64,000 bases of DNA, from assembly GCA_963926585.1 (NCBI GenBank), contig CAWUXT010000001.1:121102-185101 (forward strand), read 5' to 3'. This stretch comes from Candidatus Saccharimonadota bacterium. GTDB taxonomy: Bacteria > Patescibacteriota > Saccharimonadia > Saccharimonadales > Saccharimonadaceae. Shown here one piece after another: positions 39,541 through 50,700 of the stretch; the first letter of the stretch is position 1, and each line of letters begins with the position of its first letter. A model generated the notes under the pieces. That model ran no database searches and was not told where the DNA came from. It was given only the letters and a program-made list of their open reading frames with translations. A program made the position numbers and the translations under genes.

Positions 39541-39855
39541 ATGGCCAAACCCACAGTAAAAGACCAGGACTTCGGCGAATATCCAGACACCATTGGCGGG
39601 TACCTACTTGAGCACCTAGACAACGCAATCGAAACCAACAACGAGCAAAACTTCGCACTAACCAAGCAGGAAATATGGCGCCGAGTTGACAGTGAGTCCA
39701 ACTACAATGACGCCGTAAGCCTCATCGCCTTATCCGAGATTGATTGGCACGATAACCCAATGGAGTACTTTGCCAATTGGCGGCGTCTGTCAGTTGGACA
39801 CATTCCCAGTAAGTGTCGCAACGCCATGGATAAGGTCATCAATCCTTCGGATTAA
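39541..39855 (+). CDS. Hypothetical protein
   Basis: 104-aa ORF with TGcTACAAT 6 nt upstream. Confidence 0.6.
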   Translation: MAKPTVKDQDFGEYPDTIGGYLLEHLDNAIETNNEQNFALTKQEIWRRVDSESNYNDAVSLIALSEIDWHDNPMEYFANWRRLSVGHIPSKCRNAMDKVINPSD

Positions 39856-40002
39856 CGCAATCCTAAGCAGAGAAGTTTAGACGTTAACACCAATAATGGT
39901 TATAGACAGCCAGAAAGGCGAAGCATACAATAGAACGTGCCATCAGACATTAACGATGAAAGTGTTTGCAAACACAGCTTAAATTAAGCAAAGGAGTAAT
40001 GC

Positions 40003-40212
40003 ATGAAATTCGGTATGCGTAAACCCAGCCTAAAACGAAGCTTGAAGGCGCGAACCACCGGCAAACTTAAGCGCTCGGCCAAACGAGCGGTTGTCCCAGG
40101 CTACGGTAAAAAAGGTATGGGCTGGCTTAAAAATCCACACAAGGCTTCGTATAACGCAATTTATCACCGCACTACATTTGGGCTGAATGATTTATTTAGG
40201 AAGCTTAAATAG
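40003..40212 (+). CDS. Small basic conserved protein typical of prophages
   Basis: MKFGMRKPS...ARTTGK...PGYGKKGMGW..NP.KA.YN pattern recalled from Firmicutes prophage hypothetical proteins; AAGGAG SD. Confidence 0.75.
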   Translation: MKFGMRKPSLKRSLKARTTGKLKRSAKRAVVPGYGKKGMGWLKNPHKASYNAIYHRTTFGLNDLFRKLK

Positions 40213-40320
40213 AGTGGTGTACGGCGGCCACGCGCAGAGTTCATGCCATTTATGACACCCAGTTCCTTGAGCGCAATTAAATATATCCCGGCCAACACCC
40301 TTCTGCTACAATAGCCCCAT

Positions 40321-40557
40321 ATGAGCACAAAGGCAGAAGACGACAAGATTATCATTGATTTACGCAATCAGCTTAATAACGATGATGAATTTATTAGGAA
40401 GGTCGTTGGGGTCATTGCACTTAATGACCTGGACAAGGATAATCCGCCACTCGCAACCATCCTCGATTTCGCCATTGAATATACAGATGACTCGACACCC
40501 GAGAATCGAAGGCAAATACTTATGAAGGCTATCATCGCCATCGTCGAAGCGTTATAG
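40321..40557 (+). CDS. Hypothetical protein
   Basis: 78-aa ORF with TACAAT upstream and a terminator downstream. Confidence 0.55.
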   Translation: MSTKAEDDKIIIDLRNQLNNDDEFIRKVVGVIALNDLDKDNPPLATILDFAIEYTDDSTPENRRQILMKAIIAIVEAL

Positions 40558-40585
40558 CCTTTGACCAACCGACGCAAAGCCGCAC

Positions 40586-40613
40586 AGCCCCGCCATCATG
40601 GCGGGGCTTTTTC
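40586..40613 (+). terminator. Intrinsic terminator
   Basis: AGCCCCGCC-atcat-GGCGGGGCT-TTTT. Confidence 0.8.
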
Positions 40614-40635
40614 CTTGCCGTGCTAAAATATAGGT

Positions 40636-41880
40636 ATGTTAGATATTCGATTTATTCGCGAGAATGCAGATTTGGTTCAAAAATCAGCCGACGCTAAACG
40701 GTACAAGGTTAGTGTCGCCGATGTACTAAAGGTGGACGAGGAGAAACGAGGGCTACAACAACAGGTTGACGACCTGCGCGCCCAGCGCAACGACATTGCC
40801 GCCCAGATGAAGGGCGGCAAGCCCGATCCAGAACTGATCGCCAAGGGTAAGGAAATTAAAACTAAACTGGCCGATCTGGAGGAGAGGCTAAAGGAAGCAG
40901 ATAGCCGCCTGACCGATGGCATTAATTCACTGCCCAACATTATCTTTGACGATGTGCCGATGGGCGGGGAAGAGGACAGTGTTCCCGTCGCCGAATGGGG
41001 CGAGCGCAAGAAGACTGGCGTTGACCACCTAGATTATGCCGTCAGCCGCGACTGGGTGGACTTTGAACGTGGCGCCAAGGTGGCCGGCGCTAAATTCTAT
41101 TATCTAAAGAATGAGCTGGCCCTACTGGAAAATGCCCTGCTGCAGTACGGCCTGCACAAGGTTATCAGCCACGGCTTTACCTATATGACTGTGCCGCACA
41201 TGGTCAATGGTCGCGTTCTAATGGGAACCGGCTTTGCCCCGCGTACCAGCGAGCAGAGCGACGAATACTTTATCGAGAAAGAGGATCTGGGACTAATCGC
41301 CACTGCTGAGATGTCCATCACCGGCTATCATATGGACGAAATCCTGAATAAGAAGGACCTGCCGCTGCTGTATGCCGGTTATTCGCCGTGCTACCGCAAG
41401 GAGGCCGGGGCCGCCGGCAAGCACACCCGCGGCCTGTTCCGCGTCCATCAGTTTAACAAGCTGGAAATGTATGCCTTTTGTCTGCCCGAGCAGAGCAAGG
41501 AAATCCACGAAAAGATTCGAGGCGTTGAGGAGGAAATCTGGCAGGAACTAGGTATTCCATATCGTGTCGTTAACATCGCCGCTGGTGACCTGGGTGCACC
41601 AGCCGCCAAGAAGTATGACATCGAGTACTGGAGTCCGCACGACCAGACCTATCGCGAGCTGACCAGCTGCTCGAACTGTACCGACTTCCAGGCCAACACC
41701 GTCAACACCCGCGTCCGCCTGGCCGATGGCACCATCGAGAATGTCCACACCCTGAACGGCACCGCCATCAGCCTGGCCCGCACCATGGTAGCCGTGATTG
41801 AGAACTACGCCACCGAGGGCGGCAAATTGAACGTGCCGGTCGCATTACGACCCTATCTGGATGGTCGCGAGGAGTTATAA
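40636..41880 (+). CDS. serS: Serine--tRNA ligase
   Basis: MLDIRFIREN, LIATAEM, PCYRKEAG..RGLFRVHQFNKLEM, RELTSCSNCTDFQ, HTLNGTA. Confidence 0.97.
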   Translation: MLDIRFIRENADLVQKSADAKRYKVSVADVLKVDEEKRGLQQQVDDLRAQRNDIAAQMKGGKPDPELIAKGKEIKTKLADLEERLKEADSRLTDGINSLPNIIFDDVPMGGEEDSVPVAEWGERKKTGVDHLDYAVSRDWVDFERGAKVAGAKFYYLKNELALLENALLQYGLHKVISHGFTYMTVPHMVNGRVLMGTGFAPRTSEQSDEYFIEKEDLGLIATAEMSITGYHMDEILNKKDLPLLYAGYSPCYRKEAGAAGKHTRGLFRVHQFNKLEMYAFCLPEQSKEIHEKIRGVEEEIWQELGIPYRVVNIAAGDLGAPAAKKYDIEYWSPHDQTYRELTSCSNCTDFQANTVNTRVRLADGTIENVHTLNGTAISLARTMVAVIENYATEGGKLNVPVALRPYLDGREEL

Positions 41881-41965
41881 ATAACTCGGCCAAACACTGG
41901 TCAAACATCTAATAAATATTCACTAGGTATGGTAAAATAAGGGTATAAAGATAGGAGGGGAAGCC

Positions 41966-42346
41966 ATGAGTGACAAAGTCCTAAATATCGAGATTTCTGG
42001 AACCAACTTTAAGCTGTCAGATTCCGAGCAGAGTTATGTGGAGAGGCGTTGCCACAAGTTGGTCAATCACATGCCAATGCACAGTCGCAAGTCCGCCTTT
42101 GCCAGCGCCAAGATTGCCAAGGTTGGGCAAAAGAGTGGCGATAAGTATCAGTGCGATATTGTCCTGACGTTACCGGACAAGACTTTGGTGGCTGGCGAGA
42201 CAGCGCCGAGCTTGACCGAGGCTGTCGATGAGACCGAGCGTAAGTTACAGGATCAGATTCGCCGCTACAAAACCGAGCGGCGCAACGACGGCGTTAACCG
42301 CGGCGGCTTTGTCGCCAAGATCAAGCGTTCCCTGCGCCGCAAATAG
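41966..42346 (+). CDS. hpf: Ribosome hibernation factor HPF/RaiA
   Basis: IEISGTNFKLS..YVERR..KL; ETAPSLTEAVDETERKLQDQIRRYK. Confidence 0.85.
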   Translation: MSDKVLNIEISGTNFKLSDSEQSYVERRCHKLVNHMPMHSRKSAFASAKIAKVGQKSGDKYQCDIVLTLPDKTLVAGETAPSLTEAVDETERKLQDQIRRYKTERRNDGVNRGGFVAKIKRSLRRK

Positions 42347-42437
42347 TGCAACACTATAACGCTTAAATGATTGTTAATTGTCAATAGAGTCCAGCGCCTC
42401 CCCTCACTAGGGGAGGCTTAGACCGGAAAGGAAGATT

Positions 42438-43331
42438 ATGCCAATTAATGCAGATATGCTAGAACAGATTCAACACGGACAGGGCTTCATTGCCGCTCTG
42501 GATCAGAGTGGTGGCAGCACACCTAAGGCGCTAACCAACTACGGTATCTCCGAAAATAGCTACAGCAACGATCAGGAGATGTTTGATCTGGTTCACCAGA
42601 TGCGCAGCCGAATTATTACCAGCCCGGCCTTTACCAGCGAGCATATTATTGGCGCCATTTTATTTGAGCGTACCATGTCGTCTAAGATTGGCGACAAGTT
42701 CACCGCCGAATACCTGTGGCAGGACAAGCACATCGTACCATTCCTCAAGGTGGACGATGGGCTGGCCGAGAAGGAAAACGGTGTTCAGTTAATGAAGCCC
42801 ATTCCCGAGCTAGAACATCGCCTGAATGAGGCTAGTCGCCACAACATCTTTGGCACTAAGATGCGCTCGGTCATTTACGAAGCCAACGAGCAGGGTATTA
42901 AGGCAATTATTGACCAGCAGTTTGAGTTAGCTGAGGTCATCTGCAAAGCCAATCTAGTGCCCATTATTGAACCAGAGGTAGACATCAACGCGACGAACAA
43001 GGCTGAGTGTGAAAAGCTGATGAAGCAGGAGATCTTGGCTCATCTGGCCGACTGGAGTAGTCGCAACAAGATCATGTTCAAGTTCACCATTCCATCTGAG
43101 CCCGATTTCTACCTTGACCTATACGATAACCCCGCCGTAGTCCGCATCGTCGCCCTATCGGGCGGTTATAGCGTCGACGAGGCCTGCACTAAGCTAGCCC
43201 AGAACCACAACATGCCGGCCAGCTTTTCACGCGCTCTGTTACAAAACCTGCGCGCCCAGCAGTCAGATGATGAATTCAATAGCACGCTGCAATCGGCCAT
43301 TGAGCAGATCTATCAGGCAAGCATCAATTAG
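42438..43331 (+). CDS. Fructose-bisphosphate aldolase class I
   Basis: GFIAALDQSGGSTPKAL, VPFLKVDDGL, FGTKMRSVI, PIIEPEV, VVRIVALSGGYS, ASFSRAL. Confidence 0.95.
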   Translation: MPINADMLEQIQHGQGFIAALDQSGGSTPKALTNYGISENSYSNDQEMFDLVHQMRSRIITSPAFTSEHIIGAILFERTMSSKIGDKFTAEYLWQDKHIVPFLKVDDGLAEKENGVQLMKPIPELEHRLNEASRHNIFGTKMRSVIYEANEQGIKAIIDQQFELAEVICKANLVPIIEPEVDINATNKAECEKLMKQEILAHLADWSSRNKIMFKFTIPSEPDFYLDLYDNPAVVRIVALSGGYSVDEACTKLAQNHNMPASFSRALLQNLRAQQSDDEFNSTLQSAIEQIYQASIN

Positions 43332-43371
43332 CCAGAACTAGAGTAGACCTCTATTTAATAGCAACCAGAGA

Positions 43372-43396
43372 AAGCCCCTCCGCCAGGGAGGGGCTT
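43372..43396. terminator. Terminator
   Basis: AAGCCCCTCC-gccag-GGAGGGGCTT. Confidence 0.7.
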
Positions 43397-43447
43397 GATT
43401 CATTTGGTTAAAGAGGATGTTCCGATAGCTCGGGTGTCAAATTGAAT

Positions 43448-43975
43448 TTACATTGCTGCCGGCTCCAGCGCCAGACGCTCGTGCCAACGCAGACGCCGCT
43501 CACGCATGCAGTTCATTGCATTTGCCCACAGCTTCTCGACGACCGTTCGCTGACTCAGCCCATATGCCTCGGCCAGCGCCTGAAAGACGCAGGCGTCTAT
43601 GGCGTAGGGGTCAACTCACTGACTCAGGTAAAACGTCATTTGGCAGCGCGTCAGCTGACCATCGATACCGGTAGCCGGCGTCAACGATGCGGCGCGGACC
43701 TGCTCTGACAGCTGCAACATGATGTTGTTCATCAGTTGCTGCGTCAGCGGACCAGCCACATCCGTCAACTGAGGGTTACTCTGATCGGCAACTACCCACT
43801 TGGCGTTCGGTCGACGCACGACCTTGGCCGGACGCTGCACCAGCGGCCGGTCCACGTTCATGATCAGCACGTCGTGACCCTGCAGCTCACTGCTGACATT
43901 CAATTCGTTGTTGTTAATTGCCATTGGCGTAATCCCTTCTATCGGTTGTTGAACATTTGGTAGTCGCAGTAGCAT
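43448..43975 (-). pseudogene. Orphan ORF interrupted by one in-frame TGA (43616-43618)
   Basis: 119-aa ORF continues in frame for 55 sense codons after the TGA, to a TAA at 43448-43450. Confidence 0.4.
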
Positions 43976-43977
43976 GA

Positions 43978-44391
43978 TTAACCTTGACTATAGTAACAGT
44001 CTCTGGCCCAGGCCAATAATAGTAGCTGGGCATCACGCCGGTCATCGTTCTCCATCTGCCGGTAATCTGACAGCTTAGCCATCAAACGCCGCTTCTTAAC
44101 AAAACGCCACGGACGAACTGTCTGCAGTTCAGTCAGGCGACTCTCGACTGCATTGGCATTCGCCGCGTCAATCGCCGCCCTGGTAAAGCTGTTAACAGCT
44201 TCAATCAGCACGCCGGTAACCTTACTGCGGTCAATGTTCTCCAGCAGACTGACGATCGTCTGATAGTTCTGCTTGTCAGCCAAATCCATGATCGCAATCT
44301 CATCGGCATCGTCTCTAGGTTTAATCACCCCGGACGACCGATAACGCAGCTCCTTTACAGCCTTGTCAAATTCTGCCAGCAATGTTGGCAT
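43978..44391 (-). CDS. Hypothetical protein
   Basis: 137-aa helical ORF with GGAGGA SD. Confidence 0.65.
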   Translation of the reverse strand: MPTLLAEFDKAVKELRYRSSGVIKPRDDADEIAIMDLADKQNYQTIVSLLENIDRSKVTGVLIEAVNSFTRAAIDAANANAVESRLTELQTVRPWRFVKKRRLMAKLSDYRQMENDDRRDAQLLLLAWARDCYYSQG

Positions 44392-44648
44392 ATCATCCTC
44401 CTAAGTACGATTGGTTGTCAGCCAATAGTAGTTATGACATGCTTTATATTAACATAACTATATTATTTGTCAAGATGACACCTCTCAGCACCCGGGGTTG
44501 GCTTCACTATAATTGTGTATAATATAAACAACTAGCCGAGTCGTACCTAACTAATCCATGAATACACCGAGCCACAGAAGGGAAGTGATGCTTATCGACC
44601 AAGTCAGACAACCAACAACCAGCCAATCAACTGACGAAGGGATGAACC

Positions 44649-45269
44649 ATGGCAAAGGAAATAATCATTGTCCCAGTTGACAGCTGCCCGGGTCTGTCGT
44701 ACGAAATTTCCGGCTTAGGACCTGTCGACTTCGCACCGTACGACGGTGCAACCATTGACGCCACAGGGTTGTTCGACAGCCTGACCGATCTGTACAACCA
44801 GATCGACTGGGATAGTTGCGATGACCCCGATGGCGAGCCCCAATTGGACAACGACACCATCGTCGCGATTACCCTGTCAGAAGACAAGCTATGGGAGGAC
44901 ATCTGCCGGGCCATCGGCAACGCCACCCTGGCGGACCTAGTGTTCGACTTGTTGACAGATATGTACGAAAGCGACTTTGAGCCAATTTTGGACATCTCGC
45001 CAGTCAGCGAGGACACCGTCAAGCTGAAGCCACACGACGAGCCCGAGGACCCGATCGACTACGCTAGGTGGTTGGGCGTGGCCCGCCTCAGCATTGTCGA
45101 CTGCCTAGCCGACGAGTTTGACGATGAGGACGACGAGATCGTACTTTGCGGCACCCGCTTTGACATCGACATTGGCGATCCCGACGATGAATTCGCCACT
45201 CTGGACGAGGACGGAGACGACGAGGAGGATGACGACTACACTGTCCTTGAGGTTGACATGATCGCCTAG
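44649..45269 (+). CDS. Extremely acidic hypothetical protein
   Basis: About 30 percent D+E and very few K/R; GAAGGGA SD. Confidence 0.75.
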   Translation: MAKEIIIVPVDSCPGLSYEISGLGPVDFAPYDGATIDATGLFDSLTDLYNQIDWDSCDDPDGEPQLDNDTIVAITLSEDKLWEDICRAIGNATLADLVFDLLTDMYESDFEPILDISPVSEDTVKLKPHDEPEDPIDYARWLGVARLSIVDCLADEFDDEDDEIVLCGTRFDIDIGDPDDEFATLDEDGDDEEDDDYTVLEVDMIA

Positions 45270-45512
45270 TTGCTTGATCATTAATCGCCCTCAATGGCAA
45301 CGCACGGTAATATTCATTCGATTGGCCCCGGGAGGTTACCTGGGGCCATTTTTACGCCCTGACCCAAACTTAATCACACCCTGGCATTTATCATCAACCG
45401 ACTCTTGACAAATACTACGTTTTTATTGATAATACTGCTTTAGCCAAACTATTTGGTTGCACTTATCAGATGCTTTACCGGATAACCCATGTGTAGATTG
45501 GAGTGATCATGC

Positions 45513-46148
45513 ATGACTAGGCCGCGTCAACCGCGTCAGCCGACTGTCAATCTGTACTGCGACTTTGACGGCACGCTTAGCCCCCTGCCCAACAGGACAC
45601 CCGAACAACAGCACTGGCGGGAGGGCAATTGTATCCCGCCAAAGACCGTTGCAGACTGCTACAAGCTGGACAGGCAGCGGTCCGACCTGCTGAACATACG
45701 GTGGTCCAGCGAGCTAGCCATTAACCTACGAGAACTAGTCAATCACCGCTTTGTGCGCTGGCACTGGCTGACCAGCAATAGTGGCTGGACCAACATGTTC
45801 GACGACATCTTTGGCTTTGACGGCAATCTGACCGCCACCGAAGAGCTACTGACTTGTCATAACGGACGTGTTCGTCCAGTTGCTGGCGGCAAACCGGGCA
45901 TCATCAGGCGAGCCCTACACATGACTGCCCGTTCACCGCAACCCCGAGGGATTGCTTGGTTGGATGATGACTACTGGCCCGGGCAGCCTGAGGTTGATGA
46001 AATCGCCGAGCTAGCTCAGAAGTTAGGTCTGTCCGTGCTGTTAATCACACCTGACGCCACTGTTGGTGTCACTCGGTCCCAGATGTACTACTTAATCGAG
46101 TTCATTCTAACCGATAACCGGCCCACTGGCTTAACCGCCATCAACTAG
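45513..46148 (+). CDS. HAD-superfamily domain protein
   Basis: Motif I LYCDFDGTL, WLTS, motif IV AWLDDD. Confidence 0.7.
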   Translation: MTRPRQPRQPTVNLYCDFDGTLSPLPNRTPEQQHWREGNCIPPKTVADCYKLDRQRSDLLNIRWSSELAINLRELVNHRFVRWHWLTSNSGWTNMFDDIFGFDGNLTATEELLTCHNGRVRPVAGGKPGIIRRALHMTARSPQPRGIAWLDDDYWPGQPEVDEIAELAQKLGLSVLLITPDATVGVTRSQMYYLIEFILTDNRPTGLTAIN

Positions 46149-46204
46149 CCCAGATTCATTGGCGCATTCCAACAAAAAGTAGTGGTCCAAGAGACGAAAG
46201 GTGA

Positions 46205-46636
46205 GTGGAATTGAACATCCGAAAGACTCCGCACCCGCTGGAAACCATGCAGCGCTCCGTCATCAGCCTCAGTCGCCAACAGCAGGCCGTGCCGGTACAG
46301 GTCATGGGCGTGCATATGCACATCGACAGCCAGTACCATGAGTACCTGCTGATGTACGTCAAACAGCTGCCCAACCAGGGGCAGCTGCAGCGACCCAAGC
46401 GCAAGTACGGCTGGGACATGCCGCAGGCCGACGCCGTCATTCGCGTCAACGCCGAATCTCACGACGAGCGCGCCCAGATACTCAAACTGGTGCAGCGGGG
46501 TGAGCGCAAGTTGCCCACAGCCAGCTTTCTGCCGCTGGTTGATCGGACTATTGGCGTCGTTCAGGACGACACCGATAGCCACATCCGCAGCATTTGCCCT
46601 ATGCCACAGGTGGAGAATAGCTGGGAGAGGCGCTAG
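46205..46636 (+). CDS. Hypothetical protein
   Basis: 143-aa ORF directly after the HAD gene, followed by a terminator. Confidence 0.5.
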   Translation: MELNIRKTPHPLETMQRSVISLSRQQQAVPVQVMGVHMHIDSQYHEYLLMYVKQLPNQGQLQRPKRKYGWDMPQADAVIRVNAESHDERAQILKLVQRGERKLPTASFLPLVDRTIGVVQDDTDSHIRSICPMPQVENSWERR

Positions 46637-46893
46637 CCACATAATCCAAGAATCTGCATCTGATTTCGCCCCGCGCTAGTCGCGGGGCTTTTTCCATACA
46701 TACACCAGCACAGCCCACCGCCATCAGTCAAAACCATGGCGTACCACCACAGGACAGACGAACCACTACGCCTACTCTTGACAAAATTAGCACTTATGCT
46801 AGAATGTGGACATACACCAATTCTGTGATCATGGGGAAGCACATGGTCATTGTATATAGTTAGTACGCACCTTCAATCGTTAGGAGTGAAGAC

Positions 46894-47565
46894 ATGTCAA
46901 CCGCGTTACCAACCCTCGAGTCAACCAAGGCTCTGCCAAAGCGTCGCATCACCCGCTCGACCAACCGTCGATCTGCACTGGACAACATCTCGCTTGACGA
47001 ACTGTACACCATAGGACAGGATATCGACAACCTGCCGATTGATGACTACGGCTCTACCGCCGACATCGACATTGACTGTTATCGTCAGATCGACGCCGTC
47101 GACCGGGTTCAGCCAATGATTAACCGGCTCAGCGTCGGCAAGTCCGAAGGTGTCCGCGGCGACCACCCGGGTGACTACCACTGTCTGCACGTCGATTGCG
47201 GCGAGCACTACCGGCATGAACCGAATTATAACTCGCACAAGCCGCCCGTTGACCAGCAGCCAAACATCGCCCGCCCTAATCGGACGCTATTCGTCGCCGA
47301 GGTCGACCCCGACGCCAAGGTCGTGCGCATCCTGGAATACCGGGCACCCAAGCCCAGCCAGGTGTCACTGCGTCTCAGCCGCTACGCCGGCGCCCAACCC
47401 GTCAGCTTTTGGGTGACCATCGACTTCCTGGGTGAGTACTACCAGCCGATGATCGGCACTGACGAGGGCGACAACCTGGTTCAGGCCACGCTCAAGGCCG
47501 TTAACGACGGTCTGGCCGGCATCACGATCGTGGGCGACACGATCTACCTGTGTCCGGTTGAGTAG
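46894..47565 (+). CDS. Hypothetical protein
   Basis: 223-aa ORF with AGGAG SD. Confidence 0.65.
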   Translation: MSTALPTLESTKALPKRRITRSTNRRSALDNISLDELYTIGQDIDNLPIDDYGSTADIDIDCYRQIDAVDRVQPMINRLSVGKSEGVRGDHPGDYHCLHVDCGEHYRHEPNYNSHKPPVDQQPNIARPNRTLFVAEVDPDAKVVRILEYRAPKPSQVSLRLSRYAGAQPVSFWVTIDFLGEYYQPMIGTDEGDNLVQATLKAVNDGLAGITIVGDTIYLCPVE

Positions 47566-47763
47566 CTGACCTACCACATTTGCCTAATGAGGTCGGACCG
47601 CAGATTGTGACAACTTCAGCCACAACATGCAACACCATAATTCACTCCGACCGAGGACCCCGCCGCTTACGAGCCACCGGGGTCCTTTTTACTTATCTAC
47701 CACTGTAGTATTTCATAGTCATCTCTGGTATAATTAACGACAGATTGTTTTGTTTCAGATAAA

Positions 47764-50700
47764 GTGAGGGAGATAGATTCTGCTATGCCATCAAAGGATA
47801 AAGTTCTCAGCAAGGTCTTCGGTGACCCACAGAAGAAAATTGTTAAGCGTCTACAAAAGAAGGTTGATGAAATTAACACCCTGGGCGATAAGTATGCTCA
47901 GATGAGCGATGAGGAGCTCGCCCGACAAACCGATGTCCTAAAGAAGCGTCTAGCCAAGCTAACTAAGAAGGCGCAGCAGGAGGAAGCTAAGAAAGCATCC
48001 AAGGAGGCTAAAAAGGCTAAATCCGCTGCCAGTGATGTCAGCAATAGGGAATCGGAAAAGAAACTAGAAAAGGAGCTGGAGAAGGGTCTAAACACCGACC
48101 GCCAGTTGGTTAACAAGATGAGCTCAGCCGACCGCGAGAAGTATGCCCGCGTCGGCACCGCCACCATTGATGACTTTAACGCCCTAGACGCCATTCGCGA
48201 ACGCAAGGCCAAACAACGACGCAGGGACGCCCTGGACGTTATCCTGCCGGATGCCTTTGCCGTAGTTCGCGAAATGGCCAGCCGCGTATTAGGTCAACGC
48301 CACTTTGACGTCCAGCTGATGGGTGGTATCGCTCTGCACGAGGGCAATGTAGCCGAGATGAAGACCGGCGAGGGTAAGACACTGGTCGCCACTGCACCGG
48401 TTTACCTTAACGCCCTGACTGGTCGCGGCGTTCACATGGTAACCGTCAACGACTACCTGGCTCAGTTGCATGGTGGCTGGATGGGCAAGCTGTATCACGC
48501 CCTAGGCATGAGCACCGGCGTGATTATTAACGACGCCAGCTTCATTTATGACCCCGATTACGACAACACCGACCATTACGACAAGCGCATGTCCCACCTA
48601 CGCCCCTGTAGCCGCAAGGAGGCTTACGCCGCGGATATCACCTATGGCACCAATAACGAGTTCGGCTTTGACTACCTGCGCGACAATATGGTCAGCAACC
48701 CCGAGTTGCTGCGTCAGCGCGAACTTAACTTTGCCATCGTCGACGAGGTGGACTCTATCCTGATTGACGAGGCCCGCACGCCGCTAATTATTTCCGCTCC
48801 GGCCGCGGATAACCCGGATCTGTACATCAAGTACGCCGCTCTGGTGGACCAGCTGGAGGCGCCAACTAAAACGGTTGCCAGCGTAGGTAGGGGGCTAAAG
48901 AACCCGCTGACTGGCAAGTCTATTGACGGCTCAGATGACGACGAGCCAGATGGCGACTATGAGGTCGACGAAAAGCGCCGCACCGTCGCCCTAACCGACC
49001 GTGGCGTTGACAAGGTAGAGAAGATGCTGGGTATTAAGAACCTTTATTCACCCGAGCACATTCGCGCCGTTTATCACCTGGATCAGGCACTGAAGGCCAA
49101 GGCCCTGTTCAAGCGGGACAAGGACTACGTCGTTGCTAAGGACGGGGAAGTCATTATCGTTGACGAGTTCACCGGACGCTTAATGAAGGGCCGTCGCTAC
49201 AGCGAGGGTCTACACCAGGCGATTGAGGCCAAGGAGCATGTTCAGGTGCGCCAGGAGTCGCAGACCTTAGCTACCATCTCGTTCCAGAACTACTTCCGCC
49301 TCTATGACAAGCTGTCCGGCATGACCGGTACCGCCTTTACCGAGGCTGAGGAGTTCCAGCAGATTTACGGCCTGGACGTCATTCAGATTCCGACCAACAA
49401 GCCAATCAAGCGTATTGACCACGAGGATCAAATTTACAAGACCGAGACCGGCAAGATTAAGGCCATCGTTAAGGAAGTACAGAAATATCACGACAAGGGT
49501 CGCCCAGTCCTAATTGGTTCCGCCAGCATCGCTAAGAACGAACTAATTAGCGCCGCCCTGGACAAAGCCGGACTAAAGCACGAAACTTTAAATGCTAAGA
49601 ATAACGAACGTGAAGCCGAGATTATTGCCAAGGCCGGCCAAGAGGGGGCTATCACCCTAGCGACTAACATTGCTGGTCGTGGTACCGACATTATGCTAGG
49701 CGATGGCGTAGCCGAAAAGGGCGGGCTGGTAGTGATTGGCTCTGAGCGACACGAATCCCGCCGTATTGACAATCAGCTGCGTGGTCGTGGTGGTCGTCAG
49801 GGTGACCCCGGCGATACCTACTTCTATGTCTCAACCCAGGATGACCTGATGCGCATTTACCAGGGCGACCGCATCGCCGCCCTAATGGATCGATTGGGTG
49901 TACCCGATGATGTGCCAATCAGCGCTAAATCCGTTAGCAAGACACTGGAAGCGGCACAGAAGCGGGTCGAGGGGTACAACTTTGACACCCGTAAGAACGT
50001 CGTTCAGTACGATAACGTCATTAACCGCCACCGCAAGGTTGTCTATTCAATTCGTCGCAAGATTCTACAGGGCGACGACATATCGCCGGAGATTCTACGC
50101 CTAGCAGATGCCCGCCTGACCGACCTGCTATCCTATCGTGCCCGCAAGGATGATACCGAGAAGTTTGAGCAGTTTCAGCAAATCTTCCCGCTAACCATTG
50201 ACCAAATTCGCAACATTGCCACAATCAAGAATGACAAGAAACGGCTTATTGCCGCCCGCAAGGCCATCCTCAAGCTTTACGACCAGAAGGAAGAGGAGCT
50301 GGGCGCACCTCTGCTACGTGGCGCCGAACGCGAGATTTACATGCAGGTACTGGATGTACTATGGATGCAGCACCTTGAGAACATGCAACACCTACGCGAG
50401 GGGATCCACTGGCGCAGCATTGGTCAGCGCGACCCGCTAGTCGAATATCGCGTGGAATCACAGAAGCTCTTTGACTCATTGCAGCGCACCCTGCAGGAGG
50501 AAGTCCTGAAGGTTATCTTCCATCTGCGCAAACAGCTAATTAACGCCGACAAGGTTGAGGATGACGACTATGATAGCGACCTAACCAAGGCGGCTGCCAG
50601 CGCCGTCGAGAAGGGCGTCAACGAGGCCGGTTTACCAACCCCCGAGGGCACCGACGAAAGCGACTTCAAGTCGGTTAAACGTGAGAAGACTCAGGCAGAG

